IMG/VR virus record: IMGVR_UViG_3300042945_001689
Span: 1-64,000 of that record
Reading direction: 5' to 3' (one strand)
From: a virus
Length of the DNA stretch: 64,000 nt
Part shown: piece after piece, positions 58,113-64,000 of the stretch
How positions within the stretch are numbered: position 1 is the first letter of the stretch
Layout: each line of letters opens with the position of its first letter
Made by a program: the position numbers and the translations under genes
Notes under the pieces: generated by a model
Told to the model about the DNA's origin: nothing
Seen by the model: the letters and a program-made list of their open reading frames with translations, nothing else
Databases searched by the model: none

Positions 58113-59014
58113 ATATTATCCCTAACATCAAAAACCAACATATTTTCTGTAAAGAAATTATCATATGGTTCGCAATTGATTGAATAAACCGTATCTTCAT
58201 ATTCTATAATATCGAACACTTCTATTGGAACAAACTGTAGATCAGCAAAAGAGTATACAAAATATGAACTATCAATTTCTGATGTTTGTATAAATTTAAC
58301 AACATTATCTTTTTTAGTTAAAATATAATGCGTTCCCGAATATGCATCTCCGTTAATTATATAAAGTGTACCGATAGGTCTTGAGGTAATAGAAACAACC
58401 TCTGTTTCTCTTAAATTGGTTTCATCTAATAATAAATCTTCTTTACTCCAAGTTGTCCAATCAGAAACATTGTTGGTATCTAAATCCATAGCAACCAAAA
58501 CGTCTCCTACTACAATATCTTTAGCGTCTTTTCTTCCATTAATAGTTATAATTCCAGTATTGCTTGCAATGGAATATTCTGAATAGACTCCAAACCCTGG
58601 GAAAAATGGTGGTATTGGGAACGGTGGTGGGAACGGTGGTGGGGCAACGGCGAACGGTGGTGGGAACGGTGGTGGGAACGGTGGTGGGAACGGTGGTGGT
58701 GCTGGGGCTACTGGAGTAACAGAATTACTTGCTGCAGATTCTAACGATGTAGCAACACCATTTCCTAGTTTTACTTTAAATGTATAGGCTGTTCCATTTG
58801 ACAAACCACTAACAGTTATTGGAGAAGTTGAAGATGTTCCTGTTATATCTGATGGAGTTGAAGTTGCAGTGTAAGTTGTTCCAATTGGTTTGCCTAAATA
58901 GGCTGGTGCTGTAAATGAAACTGTTGCTGTTTCATTACCTTCTGTTGCAGTTCCAATTGTTGGAGTTCCTGGTTGTATTCCTCCACTACCTGAAGATATT
59001 GGTGGTAATGGCAT
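58109..59014 (-). CDS. FN3-like domain + (PPPF)4+2 repeats + C-terminal Hint domain (copy B)
   Basis: PGTPTIGTA...VSFTAP...GLSNGTAYTF.V...SAASNSVTP; Hint from Ser148 (SIASNTGIITINGRKDAKDIVVGD...SGTH...VYSINCEPYDNFFTENMLVFD); start by TAATG overlap. Confidence 0.85.
   Translation of the reverse strand: MPLPPISSGSGGIQPGTPTIGTATEGNETATVSFTAPAYLGKPIGTTYTATSTPSDITGTSSTSPITVSGLSNGTAYTFKVKLGNGVATSLESAASNSVTPVAPAPPPFPPPFPPPFPPPFAVAPPPFPPPFPIPPFFPGFGVYSEYSIASNTGIITINGRKDAKDIVVGDVLVAMDLDTNNVSDWTTWSKEDLLLDETNLRETEVVSITSRPIGTLYIINGDAYSGTHYILTKKDNVVKFIQTSEIDSSYFVYSFADLQFVPIEVFDIIEYEDTVYSINCEPYDNFFTENMLVFDVRDNI
58619..58700 (-). repeat. Interrupted 12-bp tandem repeat (4+2) encoding PPPF
   Basis: AACGGTGGTGG(G) units on the plus strand. 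Confidence 0.92.
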
Positions 59015-59814
59015 TATGCACTCAGATCGCCAATTGCAATCCAAGTATTGGTTGCTCGTTTAATTAATGTACAAGATGAATACTGTGTTCTTAATTTTGC
59101 TGCATTTGAAGAAACTTGAGGTGTGCAATTTAGTGTAACTCCTGCAGTGACTACTACTGTTGTTGCTCCAGTTCCAGTTTGAATAATTGTAATTTGTGAA
59201 CCAATTGCAAATGCTTGAGTTGCATTAAGTGGAATAGTAACTGTATTTGCAGTTGATGTTAAATTCATTTCAATAATTTTATATGCATCTGACAAAACCA
59301 ATGCGTGATTTGCTGTTTTTTCTAAAATAGTAAAATCTAATGCAGATTTAGTATCTTGAACTGCTTTGACTGCAGTTGGTGTTGCTGCTTTAACTGATGA
59401 AGTCTCTGATGTTGAATCTGACAATTGAACAACTCCAGGTGTTGAAACTGATGCTGCTGTAGGTGCAGCCCATTTAAGACCAAATGTGCCCTGTGTTGAG
59501 TCTGCAGTTAAAATATGTCCATCGCTACCAACTGTTAAATTATCTAAATTATTATTTGATGTCCCTACTAAAAGATCGCCTTTAGCGTCAATGACAGTTT
59601 CTTCTACAGCATTTGTTAAAGTTGCATCAATTGCATCAATTCTTGTATCTATATCATCTAGATACTTTGAAATACCTGCGGTTGCTGTGCCTTCTGGCTC
59701 TGCTTCTTGTCCCCAATGATAATATTTAAGTGCAACCTGTATGTCGGCTGGATCAGCCATTGCTGGAATTTTTGCTAGGGGATACTTAGAACTTCCTATA
59801 TTTGTGGCTGCCAT
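59014..59814 (-). CDS. Short fibre-like structural protein
   Basis: DAKGDLLVG module; GVVQLSD...AATPTAVK tail-fibre repeat; C-terminal LRTQYSSCTL.KR...W...GDL domain. Confidence 0.7.
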   Translation of the reverse strand: MAATNIGSSKYPLAKIPAMADPADIQVALKYYHWGQEAEPEGTATAGISKYLDDIDTRIDAIDATLTNAVEETVIDAKGDLLVGTSNNNLDNLTVGSDGHILTADSTQGTFGLKWAAPTAASVSTPGVVQLSDSTSETSSVKAATPTAVKAVQDTKSALDFTILEKTANHALVLSDAYKIIEMNLTSTANTVTIPLNATQAFAIGSQITIIQTGTGATTVVVTAGVTLNCTPQVSSNAAKLRTQYSSCTLIKRATNTWIAIGDLSA

Positions 59815-59823
59815 AGTCTAAAT

Positions 59824-59832
59824 ATTATAGCA
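59824..59832 (-). promoter_or_regulatory. Extended -10 promoter of cassette B
   Basis: TGCTATAAT 9 nt before ATG 59814. Confidence 0.65.
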
Positions 59833-59840
59833 TAGTTATT

Positions 59841-60389
59841 CTAAGAAGCAGAAGATGTGTTGTCTTCCCCTATGCTAATTGAAATCATTACATCATAATC
59901 CCCTGATAAATTTGACCAGGTTGATCCGCTCAAAGACTTAGCCTTAATTGTAAAGTCTAGATCAGTAGCGGTTAATGTTGGCTGAGTTATCACAGAGGCT
60001 ATAACATTTGTTGTTCCAATGATGTTGTGATGTACAACAAAACTTCCAGTTGTTTCTGTTATTCCAAACATATCATTAATGTCATATGTAAAATCTGCGC
60101 TTCCAGAAATAAAAGTGACAGTTTCATTAACGTTATATGTTAGTGGAGCAAACTTACCAACAATAGTCCAGACGTTATCAATATACTGATAAAGTTCTGA
60201 AGTAGAAACATCTAAATACATATCGTTTGCTAGTGGAGTTTCTGCAATTGTTAAACCACTTGGCAACCCAGTTCCAACAAATTGTTTGCTTCCTCTTGTG
60301 CCAGTTTGTCCAATGTCAACTGATACAGTAATTTCTTCTACTGGGCCATAAACAGAAAGTTCGGGATCAAGGACAACTACCTCTGGCAT
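59841..60389 (-). CDS. Probable structural protein
   Basis: DIGQTGTRGS..FVG.G.P...DMYLD; located in the structural operon. Confidence 0.55.
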   Translation of the reverse strand: MPEVVVLDPELSVYGPVEEITVSVDIGQTGTRGSKQFVGTGLPSGLTIAETPLANDMYLDVSTSELYQYIDNVWTIVGKFAPLTYNVNETVTFISGSADFTYDINDMFGITETTGSFVVHHNIIGTTNVIASVITQPTLTATDLDFTIKAKSLSGSTWSNLSGDYDVMISISIGEDNTSSAS

Positions 60390-60778
60390 TAAACTGCCCC
60401 AGTAACATCATCTTGAACTGTAATTGTGCCAGTTAATAAAGTATATCTAAGTGCTGCGCCATTATAAATTTCAAGATCATAATAATAAGTTGAGCCACCC
60501 TCTAGATCTCTTCCTCCATCAGGAGTAATCGTACATGTTATTGTATTGTCTGAAGTGTTGATAGATGCACCTAAATCTGAAGATCCGTTAGATGTTAGGA
60601 CTAATTCTCTGGTACTGCCTCTAGCGTCTGCTATTGTAAAAATTGCATCTCTTGCTGGACTTGCTGATTTATAAGCAGAAAGAGCAAATGCTGCTCCTGT
60701 AGAATCTTTTGGGGATACAACAAACCTAAATGTATCGCCACGATAATAGTCAAAATTATAAGTGCCTGGAAATGCCAT
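60389..60778 (-). CDS. BppU-N-like small structural/adaptor protein
   Basis: YYRGDTF...YYYDLEI...TLLTGTITVQDDVT. Confidence 0.6.
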   Translation of the reverse strand: MAFPGTYNFDYYRGDTFRFVVSPKDSTGAAFALSAYKSASPARDAIFTIADARGSTRELVLTSNGSSDLGASINTSDNTITCTITPDGGRDLEGGSTYYYDLEIYNGAALRYTLLTGTITVQDDVTGAV

Positions 60779-60784
60779 GTATTT

Positions 60785-60793
60785 ATTATACCA
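60785..60793 (-). promoter_or_regulatory. Extended -10 promoter, leaderless
   Basis: TGGTATAAT 6 nt before ATG 60778. Confidence 0.7.
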
Positions 60794-61540
60794 CTAAGAA
60801 ATATGGACTGTAAAGGATTTGACCTTTACGGCAGAATCTAGATCAGTTCTTATCTGTGGAACAACATTTGCTCGTTTCATTTTTTCATTTAAAATATACA
60901 GTGTTTGAGAAATTGAAAAGTCATAAGTATACTTATATTTTAGATTAGCAACAAATTGTGAAACATTTACAGCGGGAATAGAATAGGTCCTTAGCCAAAC
61001 CTCAACATTATTATCAAATGTTTCTATTTCAAAATTATAAACTATCTCTACCCTTGTGCCAATCTCTAATTGTTTAAAATTTAACTTCTGTGTTTCTGTA
61101 TTCCACAAACTTACTTTTCCTATTGGCAAATGTTTTTCTATTGTTTGTCCTTTAGAATCATTTAATAGGTCTACCCAGCCCTCGTCACCTTTATCTAATC
61201 CTAAAAATATTTGCTCTTGGTTTAAATTTTCGTAATATGCCCAACCAGATTTTGTTGGTTGTATTTCAGCACCTTCTTTATTTATATATAAAGTTTCTCC
61301 AGCAGGTCCTCTTTCACCCTTTGGTCCCCTTTCTCCCTTTTCTCCAGGATCCCCTTTATCGCCTTTTGGACCAGCCTCTCCAGCCCTTCCAGTTAGTCCT
61401 TGAGGTCCTTGTGGCCCTACAAGTATTCTATAGTCTATATCGGGCTCTGGAGCCGTTTTTTCTTCTTCAACAACTTTGCCATAAGAAGGTTTATTTTTTT
61501 GATTACCTGGAATTTCTGCTTTACGACTAATACTCATCAT
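60794..61540 (-). CDS. Collagen triple-helix repeat protein
   Basis: 14 consecutive Gly-X-Y triplets at 61292-61417, then a globular C-domain. Confidence 0.85.
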   Translation of the reverse strand: MMSISRKAEIPGNQKNKPSYGKVVEEEKTAPEPDIDYRILVGPQGPQGLTGRAGEAGPKGDKGDPGEKGERGPKGERGPAGETLYINKEGAEIQPTKSGWAYYENLNQEQIFLGLDKGDEGWVDLLNDSKGQTIEKHLPIGKVSLWNTETQKLNFKQLEIGTRVEIVYNFEIETFDNNVEVWLRTYSIPAVNVSQFVANLKYKYTYDFSISQTLYILNEKMKRANVVPQIRTDLDSAVKVKSFTVHIS

Positions 61541-61626
61541 TCACCAGTTTTAATTATAAATGTTTTGTCATCGACTTTTATAACTTTTGCTGGCGTTACT
61601 GCAGGGGAAGTAATTTTAATTATCAT
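61537..61626 (-). CDS. Micro-ORF, 29 aa
   Basis: MIIKITSPAVTPAKVIKVDDKTFIIKTGE; fills the gap with start/stop overlaps at both ends. Confidence 0.55.
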   Translation of the reverse strand: MIIKITSPAVTPAKVIKVDDKTFIIKTGE

Positions 61627-62009
61627 AGTCCACCTGGAGTTATATCACTGTATACACTAATTGTTCCAATAATTGGAGTCCAAACAATATCATCATCTGT
61701 AATGATCTGAACGTCAAAAGGTAGGTTTGCTACAACATTTTTATAACCATTTCCCCAGAACGTTGTTAAGTCTGAAGGGGCTGTAACAATAATATATCCA
61801 TCATATTTAGTAACAGTGAGTTCGTCTAACAAGTCCCCAGAAGAATCGTATGACGTTGCTGAAACTGTCCAATCATCAATATCTATTTCTGTTGTTTCAT
61901 CATCTTCTAAAAAATCTACCCTTAGAGTTGCGGTATCACCACGAACTACTTTCCATTTAATATTGATTGGCTCTGCGCCTACCTGTTCAATAGAAGATAT
62001 TGTACTCAT
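61623..62009 (-). CDS. BppU-N-like small structural/adaptor protein
   Basis: WKVVRGDT...FDVQI...WTPIIGTISVYSDIT. Confidence 0.55.
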   Translation of the reverse strand: MSTISSIEQVGAEPINIKWKVVRGDTATLRVDFLEDDETTEIDIDDWTVSATSYDSSGDLLDELTVTKYDGYIIVTAPSDLTTFWGNGYKNVVANLPFDVQIITDDDIVWTPIIGTISVYSDITPGGL

Positions 62010-62016
62010 ACGTAAA

Positions 62017-62025
62017 ATTATAACA
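62017..62025 (-). promoter_or_regulatory. Extended -10 promoter, leaderless
   Basis: TGTTATAAT 7 nt before ATG 62009. Confidence 0.7.
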
Positions 62026-62060
62026 CAATAATCAATTTTTTCTAGCCAGGAGAAGGAAAC

Positions 62061-62089
62061 TTGACAAACTTAGAAAGTTGGTGTATACT
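62061..62089 (+). promoter_or_regulatory. Near-consensus sigma70/SigA promoter
   Basis: TTGACA-17 nt-TATACT. Confidence 0.7.
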
Positions 62090-62167
62090 TTAAATATATA
62101 AGAAAAAAGAACTATCTTTAAGTTAAATATATAGAAGATATCTTATATATAGTATATAGAGTATATC

Positions 62168-62383
62168 TTATTTATTAGAATCTGAAACTCGATTTTCAAT
62201 TAAAATGTCATACAGTTTGTCAACCTTAATTTCTAACCTGTTGACCTGGTCTTTTACACTAGATCCACCATTTGGGCGGAGTTCAGAAAGATAATGTTTT
62301 ACAAGCCACTTGATTCCAAAGGCGATTGATGATACAATTGTTAAGATGGCTACTAAAAGGGAAGCCCAATCTTGCACTGTCAT
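62168..62383 (-). CDS. Small single-TM membrane protein, possibly holin-like
   Basis: One TM helix, then ELRPNGGSSVKDQVNRLE coiled coil. Confidence 0.6.
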   Translation of the reverse strand: MTVQDWASLLVAILTIVSSIAFGIKWLVKHYLSELRPNGGSSVKDQVNRLEIKVDKLYDILIENRVSDSNK

Positions 62384-62418
62384 AATAAAATTAATTCTAT
62401 CACATTTTTAGGAGTGTT

Positions 62419-63195
62419 TTGAAAAAACAAATTCTGGATACCATTGCGTACTCCAAAAAGTTGATAGTCTCGCCAGATATCGATGGACTCATGTCGGCAA
62501 TGTTGTTATCAAAATATAATGGTTCGTCAGTGGTAGGTACATACGATAAAAATCTTTTAGTTCTCGCGGATGGCATTGATCCAAAAGACTGTCTATTCGT
62601 TGACTGCGATATGAACTCTCCAGACTATGTATCAATTGGAAACCATATGCGACTTATGGAAGACAATATTTCAGTCGAATCGTTTAATCCAAATACGCAT
62701 TACGAAGTCAAGCAATACAATCAAAAGTTTCCATTTGCAACGTGTTTCCTTCTCGCGTTTGGAATAGAGACTCAAACATCCCTATCTGACAACCTATGCA
62801 TGGCATATGCAGATTCGACTTACAAGAATAAAGTCAACTATGCACCTAACATGCAGCATTGGTCAATGTTGATGGATTGTCCAGAAGTTCAATTTGTTAT
62901 GAACAATGATGTCCACACATCTGTGGAAAACCATATGGGTTATATGGAAGGTAAGCAAGGTTTTGTTTCAAGACGATTAGGCAAGGAAAAGTATATTGAT
63001 CAAATGAACCAGGCATTAGATAATCAAGGCGCATGGTCATTTGCATTTCCTAATAAATTAACCAGGGGATACAAATACCAAACAGGCCTAATAGACAAAA
63101 CAACCTGTATACGATATAATAAAGATATAATCTCATACGCAGAAGTATATGGAGGAGAATATAGCGTGACTTATAAGGATGAAGTAGAATGGTAG
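62419..63195 (+). CDS. DHH phosphoesterase-like protein
   Basis: SPDIDGLMSA (motif I), FVDCD (motif II), IGNH at the DHH position, NPN. Confidence 0.55.
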   Translation: MKKQILDTIAYSKKLIVSPDIDGLMSAMLLSKYNGSSVVGTYDKNLLVLADGIDPKDCLFVDCDMNSPDYVSIGNHMRLMEDNISVESFNPNTHYEVKQYNQKFPFATCFLLAFGIETQTSLSDNLCMAYADSTYKNKVNYAPNMQHWSMLMDCPEVQFVMNNDVHTSVENHMGYMEGKQGFVSRRLGKEKYIDQMNQALDNQGAWSFAFPNKLTRGYKYQTGLIDKTTCIRYNKDIISYAEVYGGEYSVTYKDEVEW

Positions 63196-63380
63196 GGCCT
63201 TGGGATTTATTAAATCCAAATGCGCCAAGAACACCAGAAGGTCTTGCTGCTGCCCGCCTAGAAATCTGTCAATCGTGTGATTGGTTTAGACCAAAAACTC
63301 AAACATGTAAAAAGTGTGGATGTTTTATGAAACTTAAGACTACCCTTGAACAGGCTAAGTGTCCATTGGGTAAGTGGTAG
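63189..63380 (+). CDS. Small Cys-rich protein (DUF6171-like)
   Basis: RLEICQSC...CKKCGCFM..K......CPLGKW. Confidence 0.7.
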   Translation: MVGPWDLLNPNAPRTPEGLAAARLEICQSCDWFRPKTQTCKKCGCFMKLKTTLEQAKCPLGKW

Positions 63381-63957
63381 ACTCATTACGATATATCCTA
63401 ACTAGGTTAGATATTGTTGGATATTGAGAGTTATACTTGTTTTCCATAAGAAGTAAGCCATGAACGTTGTTTGCTTCGCATTCCCTCAAAAATTCAATAA
63501 ACTCATTTTCTGAAAAATTTTCTAGATCTACATTGTCTGGTCTATCATCTCCTATTACAGGACAAATTGAGATAACATACTTTTTGTCAGTTAGATCAAA
63601 CTTATTTATTTTATACCAAGAATATGGAACAATCATTGGAAAGTCATTATCTGCACAAACATTAAAAACCTCTTTGTTTGTTGTTGAAATGTAAAAGTCA
63701 TTATCGCTTATTCTTTTAAATTCTTTTGCATATTCAAGCATATAGTTAGATCTTTCAATATTTGATGAATTGTCGTTTAGATCAGACAATATACCGCCAA
63801 AAATTTTTTCTTTCTCGTAGATAAATCCACTTATAAAATTAATTGATACTGCCTTGTCATTAATTTCATTTATAGAAGAACATATCATAGATAGATACTG
63901 TGGCGAGATTGAGTGAGGCCTAATTGCAACTATAAATTTAAAGTTATCTTTTTCCAT
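63355..63957 (-). CDS. Divergent or truncated luciferase-like (LLM) flavin monooxygenase-fold protein
   Basis: FIVAIRPHSISPQYLSMICSSINEI....VSINFISG resembles the SsuD segment FLVA.RP...SP...AR...TLD.LS.GR..IN.V.G. Confidence 0.5.
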   Translation of the reverse strand: MEKDNFKFIVAIRPHSISPQYLSMICSSINEINDKAVSINFISGFIYEKEKIFGGILSDLNDNSSNIERSNYMLEYAKEFKRISDNDFYISTTNKEVFNVCADNDFPMIVPYSWYKINKFDLTDKKYVISICPVIGDDRPDNVDLENFSENEFIEFLRECEANNVHGLLLMENKYNSQYPTISNLVRIYRNESTTYPMDT

Positions 63958-64000
63958 TATTCTAGATATTTTTGTAAAGTAGTCATTGCTATAGATTGTG
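63957..64000 (-). CDS. 3' end of a gene entering from beyond the window
   Basis: ...QSIAMTTLQKYLE* with TAATG overlap onto the next gene. Confidence 0.4.
   Translation of the reverse strand, partial: QSIAMTTLQKYLE

Noticed and set aside
46344-58573. Duplicated Hint regions as the template/variable pair of a diversity-generating retroelement
   Set aside because: No reverse transcriptase in the window; both copies are coding; differences include indels and are not limited to adenines.
1-64000. tRNA genes, integrase/att sites, or stop-codon reassignment
   Set aside because: Intergenic gaps are tiny with no cloverleaf seen by eye (tRNAscan-SE would confirm); no recombinase ORF; long genes are intact in the standard code and TAA, TAG and TGA all serve as stops.

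Overview
A 64-kb, AT-rich, gene-dense segment of a tailed dsDNA phage, almost all on the minus strand, standard genetic code. Siphovirus-type architecture is inferred from a 2533-aa tape measure and a tail-tube gene with no sheath gene. The gene set (DnaE, RecA-like, DnaB, primase, SSB, Cas4-like nuclease, class II RNR, secreted lytic transglycosylase) and many leaderless TGnTATAAT promoters suggest a phage of Actinobacteria, probably a low-GC freshwater lineage (inference). Layout: 1-13.1 kb recombination/replication; 13.1-41.3 kb tail and head; 41.3-43.3 kb nrdJ; 43.4-62 kb fibre/accessory region; 62-64 kb small accessory genes. No terminase large subunit, integrase, tRNA or CRISPR array was recognised. 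The best candidate for an undescribed system is a cassette present twice (43.4-49.6 kb and 53.8-59.8 kb). Each copy has a fibre gene with a shared C-terminal domain, then an FN3-like protein with (PPPF)6 repeats (plus (PFF)6 in copy A) fused to a Ser-initiated Hint domain lacking the terminal His-Asn, then prolyl-4-hydroxylase-type 2OG-Fe(II) oxygenases and DUF6065-like genes. This looks like a phage-encoded pathway for autoprocessing and proline modification of a virion-displayed peptide. Other notable items: an RBS-sequestering hairpin with a promoter in its loop, a palindromic bidirectional -10 element, tail chaperones encoded as two paralogous genes instead of by frameshift, and a motif-bracketed insert in the tape measure. 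All family assignments come from motif recognition by eye; no database searches were run.
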